DNA of 63,376 nt from Acidobacteriota bacterium (GTDB lineage: Bacteria; Acidobacteriota; Thermoanaerobaculia; UBA5066): positions 1-63,376 of the forward strand of contig JBDTML010000163.1 in the NCBI GenBank assembly GCA_039934255.1. The letters run 5' to 3'. This document shows positions 35,772 through 44,983 of this stretch, in pieces; positions within the stretch are counted from its first letter, which is position 1, and each line of letters opens with the position of its first letter. The notes under the pieces were generated by a model. That model saw nothing but the letters and a program-made list of their open reading frames with translations. It had not been told where the DNA came from and ran no database searches. The translations under genes and the position numbers were made by a program.

Positions 35772-37290
35772 TTATTCGATCCCGAAGAACGCGCGAATCG
35801 CCGCGAGCGTGAGTGGCTGCGAGCGTTCGGCCCGCTGGCGCTGGGCCTCGGCGTTGAGCCCCTCGCGCACGGCCGCGAGCGCCGCGTCGCGCTCGGCCGC
35901 GAGCTTGGCGATCGCCTCGGCGACCGCGGGCCGCCTCTCGAGGATCTCCCTGAAGTGACCCTTTTCGACGCGCCACGCCTCGGCGTCCGTCAGGGCGACA
36001 ACCGACGCCTTGCGCGGCTGCCCCGTCAGGAGGCCCATCTCGCCGAAGAAATCGGGCGCCGAGAGAGTGGCGACGGGGCGCGGCGCGGAGCCGTCCACCG
36101 AGACACGCACCTCGACGCGCCCCTCCGTGAGGACGTAGAGGTGATGTCCTTCGGCCCCCTGGACCACGAGCGACTCCCCCGCGGCGAACGGTGTGAAGGC
36201 GACCGTCTCCGCCAGGAGAGCGCGCTCGTCCGGAGTGAGCGGCGCGAAAATGGACACGCGCTCGAGCAGTGCGCGCCGCGCGCCCTGCTCGGTCTCGAGC
36301 GCGCGGCCGCGGCTCTCCGCGTCGTCCGGCCTGACGACGACGTGGCGGACCGGGACGGAAAGAGCGAGAGAGGCCCGGCGCAGCGCAAACCAGACGCGCG
36401 CCCTCACGACGGAATCCGTCGCGTCCGCGCGGAACATGTCCGTGAGCCAGTAGCGCACCGCGAAGCGCGAGGAGTTCTCGGCGAAGTCGACGAAAATGCA
36501 CTCGGGCGCCGGCTCGCGCTCGACGTCCGGGATCGCGTCGCGCCGGAGGGCTTCCTCGACGCGCGCGATCACCTCGGTCGGCGCGGCGTCCGCGTCCACG
36601 TTGAACCACACCCAGCGGCGCTCCGTGTCGACGGCGCCCATCCCGCGGCCGCGCAGGACGACCGCATTCTTCATGAAGAGGGAGTTCGGCACGACGGCGA
36701 GATCGCGGTTGCGCGTCTCGATCGACGTCTGCCTCCAGCCGACCTCCCGCACGAGTCCGGTGAACTCGCCGTACGTGACCCAGTCGCCGGCCTTCACGGA
36801 CCCGTCGAGCTGGAGCGCGAGGCCGCCCATGACGTTGCCGAGCGTGTCCTGCAGGGCCCAGCCGACGACGGCCGTGAGGACGGCGGACGTCGCGACGATG
36901 CCGACGACCTCGACGCGCCCGGACGAAAGCACGGCGAGCGTGGCCGCGATGCTGCCTGCGGCGATCGCGAGGTCCCGGAGAATTCGCGGCGGACGCATCT
37001 TCGCGAGCGGCAAGAGGACGTCGAAGAGCAGCGTCCCGAAGAGCGCGACCGCGGCGACCGCGGCGATCGCGCGCCCCGTGAGGTCCAGCGCCGGGGCCGC
37101 CGCGGAGATGCCGATCTCGGGGGCGAGGTGGCCGGCCGCATGGACGGCGAAGCCGAGCACGCCGAGGAGTACGACCCGAAGGACGCGGCGCCGCTCGCGG
37201 CGGTCGGCGAGCGCGACGAAAAACGCGGCCGCGGCGAACGCGAGTGCGTCCCGGAGGACCGAGTGCGTCAGGAAAGGCTCGGACGGCAAG
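35772..37290 (-). CDS. Mechanosensitive (MscS-family) channel fused to a cyclic-nucleotide-binding domain
   Basis: The MscS core reads LQDTLGNVMGGLALQLDGSVKAGDWVTYGEFTGLVREVGWRQTSIETRNRDLAVVPNS. The C-terminal cNMP-binding part reads FFGEMGLLTGQPRKASVVA. The start is uncertain; I chose TTG at 37290. The upstream part of the tracked ORF is Arg/Ser-rich and overlaps the divergent sigma gene. Confidence 0.8.
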
Positions 37291-37347
37291 AGAGCCCGAT
37301 TATGCCCGGAGCGGTCACGAAACCGCCGCAGCCGACATATCCTCCGT

Positions 37348-37875
37348 GTGGCGAACGAAGTGAAAGCGCCCCAGGAGGCCATTGACGACGCGCTCCTCGT
37401 CGCGCGCAAACTCGAGGGCTTTTTTCGGCGAAGGGGCCACGGCGAGGACGCCCGAGACCTCGTCCAGGACCTCTTCGTCGTCTTGCTGTCCCGCCGGGAC
37501 CCGGTCAGCGTCGATCCCCCCGGGCGCTTCCGTTCTTTCCTGTACGCCATCGCGTATCGGCTCGGCGCAAATGCGAAGCGGCGTCGCCGACGAAATTCGG
37601 GCGAATCCCTCGACCGGCTCGAGACCGAACGGGCCACGTCTGCCCCGTCCCCCGAGCAGCTGACGCTTCTCAGGGGGAACGTCCATCGCGCTGCGGCGGC
37701 CCTCGAAGCGCTACCCGCGGAGGTTCGGCGCACCCTCCTCCTCGTCGCCGACGAAGGCCATTCGACCCGGAATGTCGCGGCCCTCATGAACGTCTCGGAA
37801 GAGGTGGTTCGCGCGCGGCTCAGCCGTGGACGGAAGCGTCTCGCCGCGGTCCTCGAAGGAAAGGAAGAACAATGA
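37348..37875 (+). CDS. ECF (group IV) sigma-70 family factor
   Basis: The last 175 aa of ORF 36496..37875 carry a region-2-like segment (DLVQDLFVVLL...FRSFLYAIAYRL) and a region-4 segment (ALEALPAEVRRTLLLVADEGHSTRNVAALMNVSEEVVRARLSRGRKRL). The proposed start is GTG at 37348. Confidence 0.8.
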   Translation: MANEVKAPQEAIDDALLVARKLEGFFRRRGHGEDARDLVQDLFVVLLSRRDPVSVDPPGRFRSFLYAIAYRLGANAKRRRRRNSGESLDRLETERATSAPSPEQLTLLRGNVHRAAAALEALPAEVRRTLLLVADEGHSTRNVAALMNVSEEVVRARLSRGRKRLAAVLEGKEEQ

Positions 37876-38153
37876 ACCCGAATGCCGAAGAGACCCGTCT
37901 CGCCGACGCGCTCGTCGTCGCGGCCATGAGCGCGGGCCGATTCGAGAGGCTGAGCCGCCTCGCCGGTCGCGCGCTCGTCGCCGGCTCCTTGCTCATGGCC
38001 GCCGTCTTCGGTCTGCGGTCCGCCACGCGGCCCGCGACGGTCTACGTGATTCAGGGCGATTCCACCGGCGTCGTCCTCACCGGGCCGGGCGTCGCGCGGC
38101 GTAGCGAGAGGGCATCGGTCCCGGTCGCCCCGAGAAAAGGAGATCGCACATGA
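37872..38153 (+). CDS. Putative single-pass anti-sigma factor
   Basis: 93 aa with an ATGA overlap with the sigma gene. There is one hydrophobic helix (ALVAGSLLMAAVFGL). The call rests on position only. Confidence 0.45.
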   Translation: MNPNAEETRLADALVVAAMSAGRFERLSRLAGRALVAGSLLMAAVFGLRSATRPATVYVIQGDSTGVVLTGPGVARRSERASVPVAPRKGDRT

Positions 38154-39313
38154 TCCCGTCGCTCGCCCTCGCTCTGACCCTCGCGCTCGCGTCGCCCGCC
38201 GCCGAACCGGAAGCCTCCGGCGCTCCCCCCGCGGCGTCGGGGGCTCGCGCGCACCTCGACGAGAGGGTCACTCTGAATCTGCACGAGGCCGACCTCGGTC
38301 AGGTGCTCGAGCGCCTCGCGACCCTCCTCGGCAGGACGCTGATCCTCCAGCCGGGAATCGAGGGGACCGTCACACTCGAAGCCCGGGAAAGTCGCGTGTC
38401 GGACGTGATCGCTGGGCTCGAGACGTCTCATGCACTTTCGATTCGTCTCGATGGAGCGCGCATGTACGTCACGAAGGCCGGCGAGAAAACACGAACAGCA
38501 CCGGGAAAGCCCGACGAAGAGGCTCTCGATCGCGCTTTTCTCTCCGATGGTTCGCTCTCCCGGCGGCCCGCGGCCGAGAAACCGAATCTCTTCGACGGTT
38601 CGTTCGAGTTCCGCGAGGAGGGATCGGGCACCTCGGCGGTGTGGGAGATCGGCGGGTCGCTCGCAACCGTGACCCTCCCCGGATGCTCCGTGCCTCTGCC
38701 GGTCATCCTTCTCCCGGGCGACACGTACGACCGCGTTCCGCGAGTCGTCTTCGGGCCCCCTCGCGGCACGGCCGCGCTTGCGAGGATCGTCGCTCCCGGT
38801 GCTCGTTTTCGGCTGCCCGAATGCTCCGCGCCTCTCACTCTCCAGGCACTCGGCTCGAGGGACGGCGCGTCGAAGGCGGTGCCCGCTTCGCAGACGGGAC
38901 AGTTCCTGCTCACCGTGCAGATCCTCGACGCCGGCGCGGGCGGCGACGAAGTGCTTTTCGCCCCCCGCATCCAGCTCGTTGCCGGGGCAGCAGGCACGCT
39001 TCAGTCCGGGTCGCACGAGACGGCGGCTGCCGGAGTGCTTCTGGATCGAAGCTTCTACACGAGCGTCGCCGTCCTCGACGCCGGAGACACAGACGCACTC
39101 GTGGTCTGCTCGATTTCCGTCACACGTGACGTAGAGCCCGGGCCCCGCCAGCCTCCGGTCACCATCCGGATCGCGCGAGCGGACGAATCGCTGCGGCTGT
39201 CTTACGGAAAGCCGGAGCGCATCACCGTGTCACCCACCTTCGGTCGGGGGCGCTCCGCCCTCGTCCTCGAGCTCACCCTCGAGCGCCCGGCGGAAAAGCG
39301 CAGAGGTCGCTAG
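38150..39313 (+). CDS. Secreted hypothetical protein with an N-terminal STN/secretin-N0-like module
   Basis: The signal peptide is MIPSLALALTLALASPAA. The next segment, VTLNLHEADLGQVLERLATLLGRTLILQPGIEGTVTLEARESRVSDVIAGL, resembles the short secretin/TonB N-terminal domain. I do not recognise the remainder. ATGA overlap with the upstream gene. Confidence 0.55.
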   Translation: MIPSLALALTLALASPAAEPEASGAPPAASGARAHLDERVTLNLHEADLGQVLERLATLLGRTLILQPGIEGTVTLEARESRVSDVIAGLETSHALSIRLDGARMYVTKAGEKTRTAPGKPDEEALDRAFLSDGSLSRRPAAEKPNLFDGSFEFREEGSGTSAVWEIGGSLATVTLPGCSVPLPVILLPGDTYDRVPRVVFGPPRGTAALARIVAPGARFRLPECSAPLTLQALGSRDGASKAVPASQTGQFLLTVQILDAGAGGDEVLFAPRIQLVAGAAGTLQSGSHETAAAGVLLDRSFYTSVAVLDAGDTDALVVCSISVTRDVEPGPRQPPVTIRIARADESLRLSYGKPERITVSPTFGRGRSALVLELTLERPAEKRRGR

Positions 39314-40461
39314 GCGCCCTCGCGCGCAAGGCTCACGACCGGCCGGCCGGAGAGGTCGATGGCCGGCAGGAGCGAGGAAGCGACGGCGACGAGGAGGGAG
39401 AGGCCGGCGACGGACGCGACCATCGTGGCGTCGGTGTTCAGCATCGCGCCGATCCCCGCCCACTGCGTCTCGATGAGCGCGTTTTCGATGAGCCGGGCGA
39501 ACAGGGCCATGAAGCCGACGGCGAGGACGGCGCCTCCCCCCCCGAAAAACGCGCTCTCGAGAACGAGCAGCCGGAGGACCGTCCCGCGCGAGAACCCGAG
39601 GATGAGAAGCAGCGCGGCCTCTCCCCGCCTCTCCCGCGCGGACATCGCGAGCGTGTTGCTCGTGATGAGAAAGAGCGTGAAGGCCGTCGCGAGGCCGATC
39701 CCGCCGAGGAGCAGCTGCACGTTCCCGATCATGTCCATGAACATGAGCTGCCACTGTTTCTCGCTCATCGCCCTGATCGGAACGGGCGCGCTGTCGAACC
39801 GGCGTTCGATCTCGGCCGTCACGCGCGCCACGTCGGAGCGCGACTTCGCGAGGATCCAGAACATCCCGACCCGGCCCGCGTCTCCCGTCGCGTTCTCGAA
39901 GTACTTGCGGTGGACGTAGAGCCCGTTGTCGAGCTTGTACGTCATGACGCCTCGGATCGTGGTTTCGATGACGCCACCCTGCACGGGCGCCTTGAGGACG
40001 ATCCGGTCGCCGATCTTCCAGCCGTGCTGCTTCGCGAGGATCGGGCCGATGACCGACCCTGTGGGGTCGGCCTTCCACGCGGCGATCTGGTCGGCCGGGA
40101 TCTTCGCCTCCTTGTAGACCTCGAGGAACGCGTCCGCGGGGGCCGACGAGAGCGGAACCTGGTTCTCGGGCCGGTCGTTCTGCCAGAAGGCCATCAGGAA
40201 ATCGAAAGGACAAACGCGCTGGATGCCGGACACGTCCTCGAGCTTCGCGAGATACGCCATCGGGAGCTTTTCGAACATCGACGTCTTCGCCATGACCATC
40301 GCGCGGCTGCCCATGTTCTCGGACCAATCGTTCTTGAGTGCCCCGTTCACGAGGTAGAGGAACCCCACGAGCCCGGCGGAGAGACCGATCGCGACGACCG
40401 TGAGCGCACTCCGGAGCGGCCGGCTCGTGACGTGGCGGACGGCCAGGCGGACCGGAGTCAT
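39310..40461 (-). CDS. FtsX/MacB-type ABC transporter permease (no cognate ATPase adjacent)
   Basis: The sequence reads MTPVRLAVRHVTSRPLRSALTVVAIGLSAGLV, then a large periplasmic region, then three C-terminal TMs with ..SARERRGEAALLLILGFSRGTVLRLLVLES.. (FtsX motif). ATGA overlap with the upstream gene. Confidence 0.82.
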   Translation of the reverse strand: MTPVRLAVRHVTSRPLRSALTVVAIGLSAGLVGFLYLVNGALKNDWSENMGSRAMVMAKTSMFEKLPMAYLAKLEDVSGIQRVCPFDFLMAFWQNDRPENQVPLSSAPADAFLEVYKEAKIPADQIAAWKADPTGSVIGPILAKQHGWKIGDRIVLKAPVQGGVIETTIRGVMTYKLDNGLYVHRKYFENATGDAGRVGMFWILAKSRSDVARVTAEIERRFDSAPVPIRAMSEKQWQLMFMDMIGNVQLLLGGIGLATAFTLFLITSNTLAMSARERRGEAALLLILGFSRGTVLRLLVLESAFFGGGGAVLAVGFMALFARLIENALIETQWAGIGAMLNTDATMVASVAGLSLLVAVASSLLPAIDLSGRPVVSLAREGA

Positions 40462-41504
40462 GCAGGCACGACGAGCCTGGTTCCCCGGATCGACTCGATG
40501 AAGCGCGCGCCGAACGCCTCCGAGGGCGTGTGGACGCCGGGAGCGACCTCGCCGGCGAGGACCCTTTTCGCGATCGCGATCGACGTCTCGGCCGTTAGCG
40601 CATAACCCTCCACCGTTTCGAGCGTGCCCGTCACGGAGCGTCCGTCCTTCGTGACGCGCCCCCAGAGGAACGAGCGCTCCCGCGCGCGCTCCTCCGCCGT
40701 GGGACCCTTCACGCTCCTGTCGATGCGCCTCATGAGAAAGCGCTGTACGAACGGCAGACCGAGGACCGGTGCGAGCCGGCGCATGCGCCGTGCATTGGCG
40801 ACGGCGGACGGGGGGACCGCCATGTAAACCTCGATGTTCGGTATCCCCGTCGAGCGCCATGCGGTCGCGAGGTCACCCCACGGAATCGTCATCGCGAGGC
40901 GCGGCTCGGGAAGCGGAGCCTCCATCGTCTTCCATGCCGACGGGACACCGACGAGCTTTCCGTCGACGCGCACGAGCCCGCCCTTGTGGGCGCCTTCGAC
41001 CATCGTCTTCATCGTTCCCGCGCTCGGCTTGAAGCCCCGGAAGGCGAGCGTGAGCGTCTCCGCCCCCGGCAGGGCTTCCGAGAGCGCTTTCGCGAGGCAG
41101 TCCGAAGGCACGACATCGAACCCCGTGCCCGGAAGGACGGGGATTCCCGCGTTCTTCGCGTCAGAGTCGCGCGCGAACGCGGCCTCGAATACCGCGACCT
41201 CGCCCGTGATGTCGAGATAGGCGGTCTTCGCAACGAGGCAGCCTTCGAGCACGGGGGCGCTCGTCTTCGAGAAAGGTCCTGCCGCGAGAAGCACCGCGGA
41301 GAAGGGCTCGAGGAGTCGCCCCACGGTCCCGGAATCCTCGAGTCCGAAGCAGAGGCTCTTGAGGCCGTGCGCCTTCGCGATCGACTCGACAGCCTCCGCG
41401 CGGCGGCCCGCGAGGGTGGGCCGGAGGCCCTCGCGAAGCGCCACCTCGAGGATGAGCTTCCCGGTATACCCGTTGGCGCCGTAGAGGAGCAGGCCCGACT
41501 TCAT
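40458..41504 (-). CDS. Saccharopine dehydrogenase-like NAD(P)-binding protein
   Basis: The sequence reads MKSGLLLYGANGYTGKLILEVALREGLRPTLAGRR (Rossmann GxxGxxG) ...YLDITGE... RBS GGAAGGAG. ATGA overlap with the upstream gene. Confidence 0.8.
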   Translation of the reverse strand: MKSGLLLYGANGYTGKLILEVALREGLRPTLAGRRAEAVESIAKAHGLKSLCFGLEDSGTVGRLLEPFSAVLLAAGPFSKTSAPVLEGCLVAKTAYLDITGEVAVFEAAFARDSDAKNAGIPVLPGTGFDVVPSDCLAKALSEALPGAETLTLAFRGFKPSAGTMKTMVEGAHKGGLVRVDGKLVGVPSAWKTMEAPLPEPRLAMTIPWGDLATAWRSTGIPNIEVYMAVPPSAVANARRMRRLAPVLGLPFVQRFLMRRIDRSVKGPTAEERARERSFLWGRVTKDGRSVTGTLETVEGYALTAETSIAIAKRVLAGEVAPGVHTPSEAFGARFIESIRGTRLVVPA

Positions 41505-42904
41505 GAAGGAACTCCTTCCGCCGCGCCGGGCGCATCTCCCAGACGGACGCCGCAGACGTTCGAGAGATCGCGGCACGCGTCGACTTCGTCCTCCGCGCCG
41601 CGTGCCGCCTCGTCGGACAGGACGTAACGAAACGCGCCGTCGCCGGGGAAGACGACGCCGTTCTCGAGGACGCGGCGCGGCCCGCCGACGCCGAAGAGGC
41701 CGGAGTCCATCACGATCCACATCCAGTCGGCCTCGCGGGCGAGGCCGGCATGGGCGAAAACGTCGCCTAGGCGGAAGGCGGGCGAGGCTTCGCAAGAAGA
41801 AGAAGGAGAAATTTGCTTAGAAAGGAAGACGGAGAGAGCTTCGAAGCCTCTTGGATCGAATGAGCGCATCGCGCCCTTCCCGTCTTCGAGCGTCAGGAGC
41901 GGGGCGCCCTCCGGAATAAGCGCGTCCGCCAGCACTTTCTCCCATTCAAAGAAATCTCCCTGTCCCTCTCCCCCCCCCGTGTCCGGGTCCTTCAAGATGA
42001 CGTCCACCCGGCTGTCGCGCCGCCAGGACGTCGGCTCGGTCGAGAGCCGGCCCCCCGCGATCTCGTGGACCCGCCAGCCCGCTGTCGTGTGAAAGAGGCC
42101 CTTCGCGCGCGCGACGCGGCCGCGTGTGATATTTCCGGACCGCAGCGCCTGGAGGGCGGTGAGAAGGCGGTCTGCGTCGAAGACTCTCTCCGGCGGGTAC
42201 GCAACGCCCTTCCCGACATGTCCTTCGGAGGAATTCGGATTTCCATGAAGGTGGTGTGACGCCCGCGCCTCGAGAAGGGTCGCGGCGGCAGCGGTCGCGG
42301 GGCGCTCGAGATCCCAGACCTCGTCGGGGAGGACGCCGTGCTTCGCCCGCACGATCAGCAGCTTCGGCGGCGCCAATGTGCGGAGGAACTCTTCACTTCT
42401 AAGAATCTCTTCTTCTCCGGCGACATCGCACCGATTTACGACGATCACGTCGGCGACGTCGATCTGGTCCCGGAACAGCCCGCTCCGCGCGTACTCGCCC
42501 GCCACGTCCTGCTGCGGATCCAGCAGCGTGATGACGGGGCGCACGTCGAAGCGCTGCGCCCAGCGCGGGCCGCGCAGGAGGTCGACGAGCTCGGACGGCC
42601 GCGCGAGCCCCGTGGGCTCGAGGACGAAGCGCGTCGGGGCCACGAGGTCCGAGACCTCTTCGAGCGACGCCTCGAGATCGGCCATCGCCGTACAGCACAC
42701 GCAGCCGCCCGGCACCTCCTTGAGAACGCAGCTCGCGCAGTCCGAGAGAAGCGCTCCGTCGACGCCGAGCGTGCCGAATTCGTTCACGATGACCGCGATC
42801 CGTTCGCGATCGGCCCGGCGCGCGAGAAGGTCCTTCACGGCGGTCGTCTTCCCGGCGCCCAGAAAACCCGAGAGGACGTGAAAGGGGACTCTCACGGACC
42901 TCAT
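41501..42904 (-). CDS. CobW/G3E-family GTPase (metallochaperone-like) with an extra C-terminal region of about 170 aa of unknown function
   Basis: Motifs present: P-loop LSGFLGAGKTT, the CxCC metal motif GGCVCCT, NRCD, and the His-rich linker HHLHGNPNSSEGH, followed by a CobW_C-like segment. I cannot assign the remainder (..FEWEKVLADA...DWMWIVMDSGLFGV..). The start at ATG 42904 is tentative. Confidence 0.8.
   Translation of the reverse strand: MRSVRVPFHVLSGFLGAGKTTAVKDLLARRADRERIAVIVNEFGTLGVDGALLSDCASCVLKEVPGGCVCCTAMADLEASLEEVSDLVAPTRFVLEPTGLARPSELVDLLRGPRWAQRFDVRPVITLLDPQQDVAGEYARSGLFRDQIDVADVIVVNRCDVAGEEEILRSEEFLRTLAPPKLLIVRAKHGVLPDEVWDLERPATAAAATLLEARASHHLHGNPNSSEGHVGKGVAYPPERVFDADRLLTALQALRSGNITRGRVARAKGLFHTTAGWRVHEIAGGRLSTEPTSWRRDSRVDVILKDPDTGGGEGQGDFFEWEKVLADALIPEGAPLLTLEDGKGAMRSFDPRGFEALSVFLSKQISPSSSCEASPAFRLGDVFAHAGLAREADWMWIVMDSGLFGVGGPRRVLENGVVFPGDGAFRYVLSDEAARGAEDEVDACRDLSNVCGVRLGDAPGAAEGVPS
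41794..41975. repeat. AT-rich repeat pair (arms 41794-41840 and 41932-41975) inside the CobW-like gene, at the CobW_C / extra-domain junction
   Basis: The left arm is aagaagaagaaggagaaatttgcttagaaaggaagacggagagag. Its reverse complement is 15/16 identical to 57123-57138 over cctttct[a/c]agcaaat. The right arm is ctttctcccattcaaagaaatctccctgtccctctcc, in the opposite orientation. A 9-nt inverted repeat (gaggcttcg / cgaagcctc) flanks the left arm. Confidence 0.55.
42228..42420. repeat. AT-rich repeat pair (arms 42228-42262 and 42383-42420) inside the CobW-like gene
   Basis: The left arm ggatttccatgaaggtggtgtgacgcc resembles 16640-16667 (ttttcctgcttagaagggtgtgtgagcc). The right arm ctcttcacttctaagaatctcttcttctcc is the reverse orientation of the 29426-29448 core. 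Confidence 0.5.
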
Positions 42905-42958
42905 CCTACCGCCGATATTTTCGACACGAACCCGCCCTGCGTGCGTAAGATTCGCGCG

Positions 42959-44914
42959 ATGTCCAGCAGCGCGGCCGCTTCCCGGAAAACCAAGACCCCG
43001 AAACCGTCCCGCGTCCGGGTCCCCGAAAAATTCGCGGACGCCGAGAAGCTCTACGGCATCGAGAACTGGGGCAAGGGTTTCTTCTCCGTCTCGGACGACG
43101 GAAACCTCCTCGTTCACCCCACCCGAGAGAGTCACCGCTTCGTGGACCTCAAGGGAGTCATCGACGACGTCGCCCTGCGCGGCATCTCGACGCCGGTCGT
43201 CGTGCGGTTTCCGCAGATCCTCGACGCCACCGTCAAGGAGCTCAACGAGGCCTTCCTGCGCGCGATCAAGGAGTACGAGTACGAGGGGGTCTTCCGGGGC
43301 GTGTTCCCGATCAAGGTGAACCAGAAGAAGGTCGTCGTGCGCGAAATCATCCAGTCGGGCCGCAAGTACGGCTACGGGCTGGAGGCCGGGAGCAAGCCCG
43401 AGCTCCTCGCGGCCCTCTCACAGGACCTCGGCCCGGACTGCCTCATCACGACGAACGGTTACAAGGACGAGGCGTTCATCAAGCTCGCGCTGAACGGGCT
43501 CCGGATGGGCAAGACGGTCGTTCTCATCCTCGAGAAGGTTTCCGAGCTCGAGCGGATTCTCGACGTCGCGAAGAAGCGCGGCGTGAGGCCCCTGATCGGC
43601 ATGCGCAGCAAGCTCTACGCGCGCGGCTCGGGCAAGTGGGCGAAGTCGGGCGGGGAGGCCGCGAAGTTCGGCCTTACGACGACCGAGATGCTCGACGCCG
43701 TCGAGATCCTCCGCCGGCGGAAGATGCTCGACTGCCTCGTCATGATCCACTTCCACATCGGCTCGCAGATCACGGACATCCGCAAGGTCAAGAACGCGAT
43801 CAAGGAAGCGGGCCGCGTCTACGCGAAGCTCTACCGCTCGGGCGTCGAGGTGCAGTTCCTGAACCTGGGCGGGGGGCTCGGCGTCGACTACGACGGCTCG
43901 AAGACGGCGTTCGACTCGTCGATGAACTACACGGTCCAGGAGTACGCGAACGACATCGTGTACACGATCAAGTCGATCTGCGACGAGGAGAAAGTGCCCG
44001 TCCCGACGCTCGTCACCGAGTCGGGCCGCGCGATCACGGCGTACCACTCGGTCCTCGTGACGAACGTCCTCGACGTGGCGGACCGCATCGAGCAGGGCCG
44101 CACCGTGAAGCTCGACGGCGACGAGAACCACGTCGTGCGCGAGCTCTACGACGTGTGGCAAGGGGTCACGGCGAAAACCATGCGCGAGAGCTACCACGAC
44201 GCGCTGCAATACAAGGAAGAGCTTTTCACGCTCTTCAACCTCGGCTACGTCTCGCTCGAAGACCGCAGCAAGGGCGAGATCCTCTACTGGAACATCTGCG
44301 AGCGCATCCGCCGGCACCTCCACACGCTCAAGGACATCCCCGAGGAGTTCGAGCAGCTCGAAGTGATGCTCGCCGACAAGTACGTCATGAACTTCTCCGT
44401 CTTCCAGTCGCTGCCCGACGTGTGGGCGATCGACCAGCTGTTCCCCATACTCCCGATCCACCGCCTGCGCGAGCGCCCCACCGAGCACGGCACGCTCGCG
44501 GACATCACGTGCGATTCGGACGGCAAGATCGAGAAGTTCATCGACCTCCGTGACATCAAGGAGGCGCTTCCTCTCCATCCGTTCCACAAGGGGACGCCGT
44601 ACTACATCGGCTTCTGCCTCGTCGGGGCGTACCAGGACGTCCTCGGCGACCTCCACAACCTCTTCGGCGAGGCGCACGAGGTGCTCGCGAGCGTGGACGA
44701 CGACGGCCGCACGCGCATCCAGGACGTCCTGCCCGGCGAGTCCTGCGAGCGGGTCCTCTCGTATATGAACTACGACCGCGACGAGATCCTCGACGGCATC
44801 TGGCGCCAGCTCCGCCGCGCCACCGAGCGCAAGAAGGTCAAGGAGCCCGAGGCGAAGGCCATCGCGAAGGATTTCGAGCAGGTCCTGTCGCAGTACACCT
44901 ACCTCGAGGACTAA
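42959..44914 (+). CDS. speA: Biosynthetic arginine decarboxylase
   Basis: The sequence reads ..YGIENWGKGFFSVSDDGNLLVHP...VVVRFPQIL...FPIKVNQ...GLEAGSKPEL...HFHIGSQI...LGGGLGVDYDGS... The ATG is at 42959. The upstream part of the tracked ORF is antisense shadow. Confidence 0.93.
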   Translation: MSSSAAASRKTKTPKPSRVRVPEKFADAEKLYGIENWGKGFFSVSDDGNLLVHPTRESHRFVDLKGVIDDVALRGISTPVVVRFPQILDATVKELNEAFLRAIKEYEYEGVFRGVFPIKVNQKKVVVREIIQSGRKYGYGLEAGSKPELLAALSQDLGPDCLITTNGYKDEAFIKLALNGLRMGKTVVLILEKVSELERILDVAKKRGVRPLIGMRSKLYARGSGKWAKSGGEAAKFGLTTTEMLDAVEILRRRKMLDCLVMIHFHIGSQITDIRKVKNAIKEAGRVYAKLYRSGVEVQFLNLGGGLGVDYDGSKTAFDSSMNYTVQEYANDIVYTIKSICDEEKVPVPTLVTESGRAITAYHSVLVTNVLDVADRIEQGRTVKLDGDENHVVRELYDVWQGVTAKTMRESYHDALQYKEELFTLFNLGYVSLEDRSKGEILYWNICERIRRHLHTLKDIPEEFEQLEVMLADKYVMNFSVFQSLPDVWAIDQLFPILPIHRLRERPTEHGTLADITCDSDGKIEKFIDLRDIKEALPLHPFHKGTPYYIGFCLVGAYQDVLGDLHNLFGEAHEVLASVDDDGRTRIQDVLPGESCERVLSYMNYDRDEILDGIWRQLRRATERKKVKEPEAKAIAKDFEQVLSQYTYLED

Positions 44915-44937
44915 GCTTCGAGGGGCCGGTCGTTCGC

Positions 44938-44978
44938 TTGTTCTTCTACCTTCTAGGAAAATCTTCCTCTTAGGAGGT
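44938..44978. repeat. Single copy of the AT-rich repeat in the speA / beta-lactamase spacer
   Basis: The reverse complement of 44944-44967 is ggaagattttcctagaaggtagaa, which is 18/19 identical to 29424-29442 over gaagattttc[c/t]tagaaggt. Its 3' end runs into the AGGAGG RBS of the beta-lactamase gene. Confidence 0.6.
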
Positions 44979-44983
44979 TCCCG

